64,000 nucleotides of DNA, taken from the NCBI GenBank assembly GCA_000165425.1, contig CT868230.1, forward strand, positions 1 to 64,000, written 5' to 3'. Origin of the DNA: Paramecium tetraurelia (Eukaryota). The position numbers and the translations under genes are program-made. The notes under the pieces were generated by a model, which saw only the letters and a list, made by a program, of their open reading frames with translations, was not told where the DNA came from and made no database searches. This document shows positions 14,068 through 27,450 of this stretch, one piece after another. Each line of letters begins with the position of its first letter. The stretch's first letter is position 1.

Positions 14068-16833
14068 TCAACGTTTTTTTCTTAATTTAGCATCAGCTCT
14101 TTATGCCTCCTCCATATTTGTCTTCATCTTCATAGCTAAATCAAAATTTCCAGTCTTCCATGCAATTAAATCTACCCTAAAATTGGAATCTGATGGTAAG
14201 GGATGTCTATGAATAATCAATTAAAATACTCTTCATCTTCTAATACGTAAGGTTCTGTATTAATATTCCATATTTCTTTATTGTCTATATACATATTTTT
14301 ATGCCAAACTCCATTAATTTTAGAAATTTCCCTAATAATTTCATTCTATTTCAATTCCTTGAATTTCAAGTATCCATCTTTTTGGAATCTCTTAACAAAA
14401 TCATCATTCACTTCATAGATGCAACCCTCATAATAATCATCTAAATGTTCTCTCCTTTTTTTCCAAATGGAACCTGGATATGGATTCAATTTAATTTCTG
14501 CTACTAATTTGTGTTTCAAATTAATAACATGGAATTTCCCCACCATCTAGAATAGTTTATCCCCATACAATGTTCCGGTGTATAGGCCAGAACAAGGCAA
14601 GAAGATAAGTTCGTTTTTAGTCTCATAAAAATACACTTTTGTATATCCTTAATTGATTCCATTGACTGAATTAGCCGAAATACTTGCTATCGTACTTAGA
14701 CGATGATTCACTCTATAATAATTACTCAATTTTTTACCTGTATCCTTTTCCATAAATCAATAAATTGCTTATTGGTGGGTGATGTGACACCTACTCTGCG
14801 TAAATAGGACAACCATTTATAAATCCTGAGTATGTTTCTCCAAGAATAGGATTAAATGGTTTCCACATGTTCAAATATAGTATGATTGTGCCATACCCAT
14901 AGGGCAAGAAGTTTTTAATTTGAAATAGATAATCCTTTGAGACTGCCTCATCTAAATATTATAAGTAAGTAAGAGAATTGGCATATCTCTAAAGATTACT
15001 TTATTTTTCGAATACATAAACTGGTAAGCTAATGTTTGTTATTGATTTTCCAGTAGCTAAATTTGATCCTATTTATGACAGTAAATAAGAAAATACTTTC
15101 TTTTATTCTCTTAATCCAACCTAATCAACATATAACAAACCTCCTTGGTTTTCATCCACTTTCCAATAGTTTTTTAGTAAGAAATGCCCTTCTGATGTAG
15201 ATTTCTGAAATTTAGGTTCTACTTTCATTGGCTCTATTTGAAATTCCTTGTTCAAACAAACATCCCAGTGTTTATTATTTTAAACAAATTCTAAAAGCTC
15301 CATTAAATTGTTGGGAACTGTGTTTTATAATTCTATTGATTGGTTGAATTGTTAGACAAATAGATCCTCTGAGTGATTTGACAAAGATACTACTGTTTAT
15401 AATTATTTTTATTCAAAGTGTAGGTCTCTAAAATTTATGACGTAATCAATGTGATCTGCCAAATAATTATATTATTCCATAAAGGAGATATTTTAAGAAT
15501 CAAAGAAAACATTATCATCAAGTTGGTATATGATCTAAATTATTGTTTATTGAGGCATCGAATCAGTTGAATAATTTTGGTTTCCTCTCTAAATTCCACC
15601 AAAGGAACACTTTTAAATTGATTTCCTGAACAATTTGGCAATTGAATAAATTGGATTTACTGAATTGAGTTATTTTTCTATAACACAATCAGTTGCCTTG
15701 TATCTCATTATATACAATTATTATGTCTTCTCAAATCCAAAAATTGATTTGATTCTAATCTGATCCACAACCTTGTAATCTTAATAATCAAACATTGTCC
15801 ATTCCGTTGAAATGAATTTATTAAACCCTAAGCCTTCATACAGAAAATGTCGAACTATTTCAATATCATGTTCTAAAATAATTTGAACTTGGTATAATCC
15901 CTTTTTGGATACACTTTTATAAACATTGTTCCCTACTCTATAAAATTCTCCTTACTTAAATTTATCTACAGTCATGTCAGATAAATATGCAGGTACTTTA
16001 TGAGCTTATTCAATTTATGGAATAAAGACTTAGAAGTTGGGTTTTTCCTCTTGTTTTAAATTTGTAAGAAACTCTTACTTGGTCCTTTTTAAATTATCAG
16101 GAGATTCAGGTTATTCTGAAATTCTTTGCATATCTTTATTATTGGATGATTTAAATTCTAACCAATTGTTGTTAAGATTATCACTTTTGCTCAAATCCAA
16201 TTGATCAGATTTATTCAAAGGGGAAATGGATACTGTTTATTATGTAAATTCAACACTCATCCTTCTTGGTTGGATAGGTTTTGTATCACAAATTCCACTC
16301 AAAAGATTAAACCATTTCTTTGCATATTCTTCATCATCTGATCCCATTATCAATTACTTATAATGATCATATATTGCTTGATTGTGTGCGATTAGAATAA
16401 AACAGTAATGGGAACTTTTGGTCTTTTTTTACCCTACCCACATTATTCCATATTTTGATAATTATAATTCTATATCACCTTCTTTTCTAGGTACAATTAA
16501 CTTTTTATGGGTTAAATTCAATTCTAATTTTTTAGATCTCCAAATTCCTAATGTCTCTCCTTTCACATTTAATTCACCCATAATCTTTGATTCATCTTCT
16601 AATTCTAAACTTTTAAAAACTGAACAGAACATGCTCTTTTAAGCCTCGACTGGTAAATTAAACAATCCTTGGATTTCATCTATATCAAGATCAGGATAAT
16701 TTTCAGGATTTATTTCAATCTCATTGTTTGAGTGATTCTTAATTGCAAATATCAGGAAGTTCAATTTCTGTCTTTGAGCTTCAGGTACATTTGAACCTAT
16801 GATTAGATATTTCTAGTAAAATTCTTCAAACAT
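14068..16833 (-). CDS. Oxysterol-binding protein (ORD) with N-terminal PH-like domain
   Basis: OSBP signature AEQVSHHPPIS (~14770-14800), KPFNPILGETY, ISLPVYVFE, LPSDSNFR; ATG 16833; TGA 14068-14070. Confidence 0.9.
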
Positions 16834-17069
16834 CGATTAGGAGAGTAGATAAATTATATTACTATTATTAAATTTTTTATACAATTATCTTACAATTGAT
16901 GACAAGTGTAATTTAATTTATAGATTGCATTTAATAATAATAATACTTTAATTGATTCAATTTCATTTTCTCTAAAATTTCTTCAAAAATTACAAAAATC
17001 AATGAATGCATACTAATCATCCGATTTTTTAAAATCAAAATTAAAGATTTTATATTTACTTTAAAAATA

Positions 17070-17890
17070 ATGTCGACCTAAAAATCATAAATCTAAGTGG
17101 AGTACATTTCATACTAATTCAAAGATAAAAATTACCAGAAAATATTGCCAAAAGATAATCAAGAGACTCTAAATTGAAAGCTCTTATTTACAAACGAAGA
17201 GTTGATAGACTAGCTGCCAATAAGTAAGCAAGAGCATTATGGGAGAAAAATGCTTAAGCCTACGAAGCAGAATATAAGGCAACAGATAAAAGTTTAGTCG
17301 ATAATATACGCAAGGCTAAGGCTGACGGTGGTTTCTATGTACCAGCCGAAGCCAAGTTGATGCTTGTCATTCGAATCAGAGGGTATTAATTGTGTATATT
17401 TTAAGTATCAACACCTTAAACCCATAAGTCAGATAGACTCTTAGACTTCTTAAATTGAGATAACTTCATAATGCTGCTTTTATCAGGATCAACAAAGCCA
17501 CCATTGAAATGATTAGAAAGGTTGAACCATACATTACTTATGGTTACCCATCAAGAACTTTAATAAAGAACCTCATTTACAAGAGAGGATATGCTAAAAT
17601 CAATGGATAAAGAATTCCTTTGACTTCAAACAACATAATTGAAGAACAATTAGGAAAATCTGGAATTCACAGTGTAGAGGATCTCATTCATGAAATCACA
17701 ACAGTTGGACCGCACTTCAAAGAAGCCAACAGATTGTTATGGTATAATATTGAATAACAAATTCAATAGGGCTTTCAAATTAAGAGGACCAAGAGGAGGA
17801 TTTATAGCTAAAAGAAGATCATTTATTAACTAAGGTGATTGGGGAAATAGAGAAGATCTCATAAATGATTTGGCCAAGAGAATGATCTGA
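17070..17890 (+). CDS. RPL7: 60S ribosomal protein L7 (uL30)
   Basis: [73 protein letters not shown]; three ~23-27 nt introns; TGA 17888-17890. Confidence 0.97.
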
Positions 17891-18618
17891 CATAGATTTA
17901 TGAAAGTACAGTATAATGCATATAATAAATTATTAAATATTCTTGATCTTATTGGTTAAATAATTCTTAGTGAAAATGCTTATAAAATGTAGTTTAATAT
18001 CTAAAAGTATAATCTGATGAAGTTTTCCATCTTTCTAATTAACTCATATACCAAAGTTGATTCAGATAAACAATTTATAAATTCATATCATAATCACATT
18101 TTTGGATTTTTAAACATATTTATTACAAAACTAAATTTTACTGATCATTTTTATTTGAAATCAAATGAATTTAATTCAATCTTATATTTTAATAATTCTA
18201 TTTAATGAAAGATTTACTTTATTATGTTTTTGATTAATATAGATTTAATTTTGGAACTTCATTTTTTTTTAGGAGCATAGTAAGTATTTTGGGAATAGAC
18301 TTTTTTTCATGGCAGATACAATTGGTTATATTTCGGCATTTAGAGGATCATTTCTCTCTGTAATAGTTAAAATAAGTTTGATCTGATTTTACCTAAGGAA
18401 TGTACTAAATGAAGCTTATTTTTGATTAAATTACTGTTGAATTCCGAATGGGGTCATTTTAGAGAGATTTTTTAGTTGTAGAAAAGAGGTCATTTCTAAG
18501 GAACCATCGATAGATAGGGGTAATAGATTTAGAATTTGAATAGATGTTTTCTTGAGCATTTCTTATTTTGTAGTATGATTCGTTATTGTGATCAAAATAC
18601 AATTATTTTATATTCAAA

Positions 18619-20525
18619 ATGTCAGAGGAATGGCCAAAAAAATAGATTGATAAATACATCATTGTGAATAAAAAGTTAGGAAGCGGTGCTTTTGGTACTG
18701 TGTATAGAGGATTTAAAAAAAATGATGAAACGAAGCAAGTTGCTGTTAAGGCGATATCAATTGCTGTATGAAAATAAGAATATGGATTGTAGAGTATCAA
18801 AGACTCATCTAAGATGGTGGAACACATCAAAAGAGAGATCTCCATTTTGTAATAGGCAAATAATCCTCATATTGTTAAATTGTTTGATGTTGCCAGAACA
18901 CCTCACTATTTGTATCTATTTTTGGAATATTGTCATGATGGCGATTTGAAGAAGTACTTATCAACAAAATACGGCAGGAGATTAAGCGAAGTACAACAAT
19001 TTTATATATATTTTAATTTCATAGGTTGAGGCAGTCATCTTTCTGAAACACCTGGTAGAAGGATTCCGAACCCTGCATTAACTAAAAATAATTCACAGAG
19101 ACATCAAACCAGCTAATATCTTGTTGCATAAAGGGGTAGCTAAAATTACTGATTTTGGTTTTGCCAGAGTCATCGACACTGGAATGAATGGTACAATCAA
19201 CAATTAAATCAAATAGATCCTGCCTATTTTTCGAGAGTAGGATCTCCCTTGTACATGGCCCCTTAGATATTGGAAGGACAACCGTTTTCCTCTAAATGCG
19301 ATGTATGGTCAATGGGAGTGATGCTATTCGAAATGCTCTATGGAAAGCCTCCCTGGGATGGAGACAATCAATACAATTTGCTTTAGAATATCAAGAAAAA
19401 TATATTAGTTATCCCTGATGCTCCAGTGCGAAGTGATAAAATAAAGGAACTATTAAAGCATATGTTAGTAGTTCAAGAGAAGGTAAGGATATACGGAATT
19501 ACTATTTTTAGGAGAGATATTCTTGGGAATAAATTTTCAATCATGAAATAATCCAGATCTAGGAAGTTCAAATAAAAAATAATTTGGAGTAATTGTTGAA
19601 GGAGAAGGACGAATTGTCACGTTCTGAGAGTCTCAATAAATTATACTTAGAAATGAATCTAGTTATCGGCTATTTAGACTAGCCTGAGTAGATTCCTTAA
19701 GAAGCATAATCTCCTCAACTAACCCAAGGTAATGACGAGAAACAGTCCCTCGATGATGTCGACCATGAAAAAGTATCTCATTTATTTATTCCTTTAAAGG
19801 GGTTGAAAATTATTAATTAATATGAGACTGAATAAAAGCGTAGAAAGGCCATGTTGAAATACAACACATACTTTTTGTTTGAAAGAAACATTGCTTTCTT
19901 CTTCAACTATGTGATCCAAAAAATAATCAAGATGTCACATTAAGGAGTGCTTAAGTTGACTCAAGAATTATATTATTCAACCATCTTTTGTATTTCCAAA
20001 AATCAGAATGTACACCTCAAAAGAATGCATGACCAATTAATGTCCACCAATCCCGATAAATTTGACAGAGAAACTTGGGGTAGGTACTTAATAAGTTAAG
20101 AATATAAGAAAATATTAACTGTCACCAAGAATGACATTAAACATACTGAGGATTTCTATCTGGAAATTTACAAAAAGGAATAACAAATTAATGACAAAGA
20201 ACTGACTTAACCTGATAACAAAAGGGCTGTCAAAATAAAATAAGTCTTGGATGTAAATTTCAATTCAAATACTTTCTTCTAATAACTGTATCAACAAGTT
20301 GTACAAGAATGCTTAGAAATTATTAAAACTTATATTAAATAAACTAAGGATTCTGACCCTTCATATAAAGATTTACTTTTATTGGGGTGGTTTTTTGTAA
20401 TATGCTTGAATCCATACTTAGAATTTAAAGATATAAATATGGACTTTAATTAATTTTACGAAGAAATGCAAATATTAACAGAAACATAATTATTAGAAAA
20501 GATCGGTAAGCGTTTAGATTTATGA
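18619..20525 (+). CDS. Ser/Thr protein kinase (ULK/Atg1-like ciliate family)
   Basis: [49 protein letters not shown]; several tiny introns; TGA 20523-20525. Confidence 0.93.
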
Positions 20526-20579
20526 AATTTTTATAATTAAATTAATCTATGAAAATATATTCCCTCGACTCTTTTAATA

Positions 20580-22298
20580 TCATTAAAAACTCATATTTTA
20601 TCGACTTTATAGTCCAACGTTGTTTTGTTTAAAAGTGGCGACATCAGCATTTTTCATGGCTTGAGTGTTGACATTAAATTAAGCTAGCTAAGTTTACATT
20701 CTGTAAGAATCAGACTAGAATTACAAGGGGTTATTGATATTTTGCGGATTCAAGGATGGCTATTGAGTCTAAAGAGTTTGCAATTTGAATGTAGATTATT
20801 AAGAAAATTATGGTATTGTTTATAAAGATTCGCCTGATATTTATTATTTTTGAGTTTAGGTCACATTTGAAAAATTCGATATTTAGAATCTATTACTGTC
20901 CATAACTTACGTTGTTTATTTGTATGAGTTAAAACCGTTTGAAGGTGTTATTAAAGCTGTTGCTAATCTCTAATTTTAAGGCTATTATACTAGTTATGTT
21001 TAAAGTGGTGCAACTACACGTTTTTCCACCTTTAAAGAATCGGGTTATGTACTTTTATTTAGAGTAAAACCACCAACAGACGGAGCTGGAGCTGGATTTA
21101 TATAATTAAATTAATTTTTCGGTTAATTAATAGTAAAACTACCAAATTAAGGTGGTGGCATTTTTTGACCTATTAAGGCTTATGACTGATCAACAATTTG
21201 GAATTATGTTTAAAAACCCATTTAAAAACCATTTTTTTGAACTGGTTAATCTTGTTTTAATTTCCCTTCTTCATATTGAACATTCTTTATACTGTTTTAA
21301 TTAGAAATATTGCCCTCTCCATGTTATAAGTTTTTTTACCAACCTCCTTCATATATTAAGATTTTATTATTTTGTTTCCACATAAATTATCCTTTTCCAT
21401 GTCTCAATCCGTTCTCAAAATTTCCTTCATACTCTTAATACATCATTTAAAAATCAAGTTTATAGGCTAGCATCTTACCAAAACCTTGGATTTCTTCCCT
21501 AACAAATTATCCAAAGAAGAATTAACCCTCATTCTATGAAATCTATTCAAACTTTACTCCATATATAAAAATATCACAATCAAAAATTCCATAATAAATT
21601 ATATCCTTCTTTTTGAGAATACCTTTACCATTTTTGAGATCAAAAAGGTTGATATAACCTTAATATTTACTCTGCTCTTTCTCATTAGAATCACACTTTA
21701 ATTCAGTTCCCACTTTTTAAAATTCTTTTGGAATCTTAGATAATTTACTATCAATCTCAGCTTCAATAAACTTCTTTACATCTGAGAATTATTGTTTTTA
21801 AATAATCTCCTACAAATAATTAAGGAATATTTCTTTAAACTTGTCATTTTTATTTTGCTCCATAAATTAAATTGGATTTGATATATCTAACTTATTGGCA
21901 TTCAAGAAATTCAACAACTGGTTAGCCAATTTATCCATTGTTTTTCCCTTCTTCTAAAAAAAGGTTCCCAAAAAATAGAAGTTCTATTAGGTGTAGTTAT
22001 TATTTTTAATAAATAATAAAGCATCTTCCAGATGAGGTTTCATTTACTTTTCCCAAAATTTTAATTTCTCGATATTCTACCTATATTAAATGACCTTAGA
22101 ATAATGAGGGAACTCTTTCTTAAGTTTTTCTTCGTACTTTTTAAGGAACTCATCTTTTTTTAAATATTTTGATTTATTCTCTTTTTTATCTTTCAAACAA
22201 CCCTCACACAAAGCATAACTTGATTAGATATCCTCGATCTATAAGTATTCTACTTCTTTCTTACTACATCCAAAGCATTTAGTATTATCTGTTTTCAT
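20580..22298 (-). CDS. MORN-repeat protein with N-terminal CxxC..CxxC motif and Q/P/G-rich tail
   Basis: ATG 22298 MKTDNTKCFGC...LCEGC; MORN units 21260-21680 (YEGNFENGLRHGKG, YEGGWQKNLQHGEG); TGA 20580-20582. Confidence 0.82.
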
Positions 22299-22362
22299 AA
22301 TTGAATTTCTATTATTTTTTTTTTAAGATAATTTTATTGATGTATTTATATATAATAATAAA

Positions 22363-23321
22363 TCATATATTTTCTTATTTAAAATTGGGGTCCTCTTGTA
22401 GAAGACCAGAAATTTAGCTAACCATGTTCTTCTAAGGTTCTTGATTAGAATCTTAAGAGTTAGGGGATAACTTCCTGAATTCACTTTCTAATTTGTTTTG
22501 CATTTGCTGATATTTCTCACTGTTTGAAGAGGGCACATTTTTCTCATTATTGTCGCCTTTGTCATCTTGTTATTAAGCCTTTGCTGCTTATTAAGCATTC
22601 TTGAATTGTAACCTGAACACATTCGACAAATTTTCAGGGATACTCTCATCAATTTACAATTCCTCAATATAGCCTGTCTCGACTCTGAATAACCATCCAT
22701 GTATCATAACAGCTTGAAAATTAATAAAAATTAGATACGATGTCCATCTTGCCAAGATTTCTAGACTATTGGATTCTTCCACATATTAAGCACTTATTCT
22801 CTGACATTTAAGCATGATAAACATGCAACTCGGTCATTCTCATCCTAAAATTGATTCACAAGATGTTGATTCTTCTCGTACACATGTTTGATATTATTGA
22901 GCCAGAGGTCTAATAAACCACCTACTGAGTCTTAATTCATGGCTGCTTTTACTCCTCCACAGAATGTATGACCCATAATAATGATGTTATGGACTTTCAA
23001 ATGTTCCACGGCATATTGCACCACGCAATTTAACTAAGGTTAAGGGGAAACACTTACATTCAAATCTGTCATATTAACCACGTTGGCTATGTTACGATGG
23101 ATGAAGATTTCTCCTGGATCTGTCTCTGTCAATTCATTTGGAGGAGCTCTGGAATCGGAACATCCGATTAACAGATATTTTGGATTCTGGCCCTTTGCTA
23201 ACTTCGAGAAATAGTCGGGATCTTCGGCTAGCTTCTTTGCCACATAGTTTTTGTTTCCCAGTATAGCCTTTGTATACTTCTAGATTTCTGATATTCCATT
23301 TTAAACAACTTGATTTTGCAT
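22363..23321 (-). CDS. Beta-class carbonic anhydrase
   Basis: Zn motifs GCSDSR and [23 protein letters not shown]; two introns; ATG 23321; TGA 22363-22365. Confidence 0.95.
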
Positions 23322-23637
23322 TATAATTTATATTTTTTGGATATTAAGATGCAATTTATAAAATTCATACGTTAAATCAGAACTTATAAATTCTTACTTT
23401 TCTGACGTATTATTATTTTACTCTTACATTAATAAATACTTTTTAACGTAATACTTTATATTATAGAATATAAAATTTCTAAAAGTTTTAACTGGCTTAA
23501 CTCGAATGAATTAATTTAAGTCAAAATTGTTAAATTCATTAAACTGAATGAACGCTAGCAACTATAAAATTTGAATTTAGTATGTATTTTTTGAAGTTAT
23601 TTTTAAACATCAGTATAAATATCTTAAAGCATAAGCT

Positions 23638-24200
23638 ATGCAATCTTGATTTGAATCTTGTAATAGGTTTATATCTCCTTAAATCGAAGTACCAAAAAGT
23701 GGTAATCATTCTAACCTGAAGAATTCTCCAGAAAAAGTCTATAAAATGTTTAATTTAAATACAATATTTCAACCTTTTTCTTACATTCCACAGTATTATA
23801 ATCCCAATCTTAAGGAATTTCATGTATTTGTCATTAAACATACAAATGATAGGTTTCTCGATCCGCTACTTAAGCAGATGTTGAAAATTGATCAATGTGA
23901 ACTTTATTTGAAGAGGAAAACAATTCTCAATTCTCTTCATTTGGCATCCAATAAGCTTATTTTGCATAGATATTGTTAGATATATATTGAAGACCTAAAT
24001 CAAGCAGAGGTTGCTTATGACACTTTTTAATTGATTTATTCTATAATATAAAATTTGCGCATCACTTGTTTTGTTATTCATTAGTTTATGTTTGTAGTGT
24101 TGCCATCTGATTTAATCATTCATAAATGTTTGAATTACTAAAGGATTTGGATGCTCATTCGATAAAATATATTATATAATATTACCATATTCTTTTTAAT
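23638..24200 (+). pseudogene. Possible decayed or poorly modelled hypothetical gene
   Basis: Long code-6 frame through 23650-24200, but ATG 23638 is followed by an in-frame TGA at 23647; no recognisable domain. Confidence 0.3.
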
Positions 24201-24220
24201 AAAACAACTATAGGTTCTCA

Positions 24221-25052
24221 ATGAATCAAATTGATTAAAAATAAACTTTGCCTCCTCTTCGTGTATCTGAAATATAAGAGTTACTTAGATCATCTAATGA
24301 ATAACATAAAAAGGAAATCATTTCGAGTTATAGGGATACGAAGAAAAGAAAACTAAAAGAAATTGCAGAATAAGAGAAATATAAGGTCATTGAAAGAAAA
24401 GGTGTTAATTTTAATAAAGTTTAGTATTCAATTCGCAAAGTAAATTGTAAGGGCAAACGATAGGAAAGACTTTAGATATATTTCTAAGCAAGGAACCAAT
24501 AATAGATGATTATCTGAAAAGACATATTATTGCTCCTCAAAGAAATTTAGAAAAAGGTCTAAAAGATAGTAAAGATGAGATCTTATTCTATAGTAAAGAC
24601 TGGAAAAAACTAACTTTTGGATGGAAGATGCTTTGGAGATATTCCTCAAAATAAATTAAGTAAAAAAGAAAAGCAATCTTAGGAGTATTGGAATTAATAC
24701 AATACATAATTATCTGAATAAAGATATAAAATACTATTGGATTCTCAGACTGGTTTGCAAAAAAAAATCAATTAATAAAACAGACTCAAGGCTTTAAAGA
24801 TCTTTGTACCAAACAAGTATTCACCTGGACTTTTTGATGATCACCCTTCATAGATCCTAAGTTTCACGTATAAATTACATATTAATTAGTCAAATGCATA
24901 AGCATTCATAACCATAAATTTGGAGTCCAAATAGTTTTTATTGTGATTCATTTGATGAAAGTCTAAAGCAATAATAATAATCAAAAAGCATTTTAAAACT
25001 CAGTAACACAGTATTAAAAGATCATAGTAAATAATCTATAAAGATTGAATGA
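24221..25052 (+). CDS. Hypothetical protein
   Basis: ATG 24221 MNQIDQKQTLPPLRVSEIQ...; intron-like segment 24402-24424; probable TGA 25050-25052; internal splicing not fully resolved. Confidence 0.5.
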
Positions 25053-25270
25053 ATAAAATAAAGAATTGTATTTTTCAAATGTTATTAAACAAACTTATTT
25101 ATTTAAATCGCTTTACAAGCATCTTATGATTGTGTTAATGTTTGATTTGATTTAAACTTTATTATAGTGATATATTAAAATAGAAGGATTAGCAATTTAT
25201 AACAAAGAATAATTTAAATAATTATGCTTGGCTACTTCATTAAGAGAAAAGCTGGATAAGTATTAACTTT

Positions 25271-25343
25271 GGGAGTATAGCTCAGTTGGGAGAGCGTAAG
25301 ACTGAAGATCTTAATGTCATGGGTTCGATCCCCATTGTTCCCA
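25271..25343 (+). tRNA. trnF-GAA: tRNA-Phe(GAA)
   Basis: 73-nt cloverleaf: acceptor GGGAGTA/TGTTCCC, D-arm GCTC-AGTTGGGA-GAGC, anticodon stem TAAGA/TCTTA with loop CTGAAGA, T-loop TTCGATC. Confidence 0.97.
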
Positions 25344-25350
25344 TTTTTTT
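25344..25350 (+). terminator. Pol III oligo-T terminator
   Basis: T7 run immediately after the tRNA discriminator base. Confidence 0.85.
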
Positions 25351-25550
25351 AAATTTAGATAAAGAATTACTAATTTTTTATTATAATTGTATATATACAT
25401 ATATTAAGAATATTATAAATTGCAAAACTTATCTATAACTCAGTTCAAATCAAAGAAGTGCTAAACCATGAAAAATAAGAGATATAAATTTGTAATTAAA
25501 TGGAGTTTATTATGATTTTTATACAATAATAAATGAACATCGTTGATGTG

Positions 25551-26750
25551 TCATTATTATACATCTGGCTGCTCACCTTCGGCTTCTTCTTCTTCATAAT
25601 ATTCTTCCTCCTATCCAGCTTAGGATCTAAATATTGATTAATATATTGTACTTCATCCAATTGATCATGGGTTCACTCAATTGTCTATAATGATTATCTA
25701 ATTATTCATTAAATAAGAAATCCTCTTTTGATTCATTCTTCCATTCATCAGTATTTTCAAACCATTTAAGCAAATATTGTTCATCGATATAAGAATAATC
25801 GTAGAATCCTTTTAAGACTGTTGTGAAATATTTATCATCAATGTTTCGTTTCTTCATTAAGTACTGGATATTCAAAATAATATGACAAGAGGCCAATTAA
25901 GGATCAAGATCATTGAAGTATGTTGTTAATAGTTCATAATTTCTTTCAAAGGCCTTAGTAGGATTCTCGTCAAACATACTCTAAAAAATCAAATAGCACA
26001 CTCTGTCTTTGAGATGTCTATCCAAATTGAACTTTTTGATATCTTAGGTTAACATCATGTCAGCAACATCGTTATCTATTTTGTCATTGACAACCAATCT
26101 GTTGTAAGTGTCTCTCAGTTGAACTAAGAAGGCCTCCAATAATTCGGAATCCAATCCTACTTCAGCTGCCAATACCTTCTTCTTTTTTTACTTATCCTCC
26201 TTATTTCCAGTCTATCCCTCGCTGTTGATCATCTAAACCTCTTCTTAGCCACTTTTTATTGATTGATTTCCAGGAGGATTCTTTAAGATATAACTTGCTA
26301 ATCTATGAGCGTTATCTAAATCACTGACATGTCCACAAGAATCGCACTGTCCATAAATAATCTTGCCTCCCTTGATTTTCATATACATCTCTGGATATCT
26401 ACATTTTTAACAAAGAATATATTTCTCGATGAATTTATCCAATTATTTTCTTATTTAATCGTCTTAAAAGGCGCCATTTATAATACAAGTCACATCGTTG
26501 TCATTTTTAAATTTATATGAAGTTTAAGAACCAAATTCGAAACCCAGATATTTCAAAGGATCTAAGTTAAATAAATGTCAAAACATTGATCATGACAATT
26601 TAAAGCCTTCGCTATCTCATGCAAATTCATTATGTTGGTCTTGATACCATTTCCTCTACCTTCGATCTTAAGTTAAGGTTTTGGCATCTTGTATCTATAA
26701 TTTGAGTCTTCGATATACGAAGGAATGTTAACATAGACTGTCTTAATCAT
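25551..26750 (-). CDS. EIF5: Eukaryotic translation initiation factor 5
   Basis: VNIPSYIEDSNYRYKMPKPQLKIEGRGNGIKT, LKYLGFEFG, CxxC zinc ribbon, C-terminal W2-like acidic/aromatic box; TGA 25551-25553. Confidence 0.95.
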
Positions 26751-27450
26751 TAATTAAATTGTTAAGAATTTTTATTTATTTTAAACTCACATTAAATAAT
26801 TAAAATCCCCTTATTATGAAAATCTTTTGTAAGAAATATGTATGCTCCCCAATTACTTAACTACAGAAACCTTTAAATTTCAGCCAATACTTCAATTCAG
26901 TATATGTAGACATGAGTCTATAAATCCTAAAAACGACACCTATCCATTAATCTCATTTATATCACATTCAGTCATATAATCATCATATTGGTGTGTTCAA
27001 TTAATTACAACCTTGAATTTGTGATGTACAGTTATAAAATGATCACTTCCTCTGTTTGTCTCTTTATTTAGATCAAAACATCTAAAGATTCTATTAATCT
27101 TAAAGATGTAAATCACATATAAGAAAGCAGAACATTCTTTTTTTCTTGTTTTAGAAAATTGTGAAATACTGAATCCATTAGAAATAAAACCAACCGTATT
27201 AGAAACTTAAATTGATATTAATTTTGGTGAGTGATAATAAACATTTAAAAGATAGCCAATCAATTTACAAACTATATATTTGAAGTGGAATCTATTAAAC
27301 AAAGCAAAGGTAATATTTAATTCTAATATTTTCAAAGAATTTATCTATTATAATCTTTCTACCCTCAATCTAAGGTGCTCATAAAAAAGTAAAATAATTA
27401 TTTATTTGGTTTAATTAATAAAATATAAGAACATATATAAATAAGATTAA

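Noticed and set aside
18180..18559. ~125-codon minus-strand ORF between RPL7 and the kinase
   Set aside because: With a single stop codon, ORFs of this length arise by chance; no motif or clean intron structure. It could still be a small or decayed gene.
19255..19275. Kinase 'AP-TAG' suggesting TAG = Glu (APE motif)
   Set aside because: Rab, OSBP and XRN motifs show TAG = Gln, so this is an APQ variant.
26816..27400. Possible plus-strand gene divergent from eIF5
   Set aside because: All frames hit TGA and no consistent splice model was found; at most a remnant.
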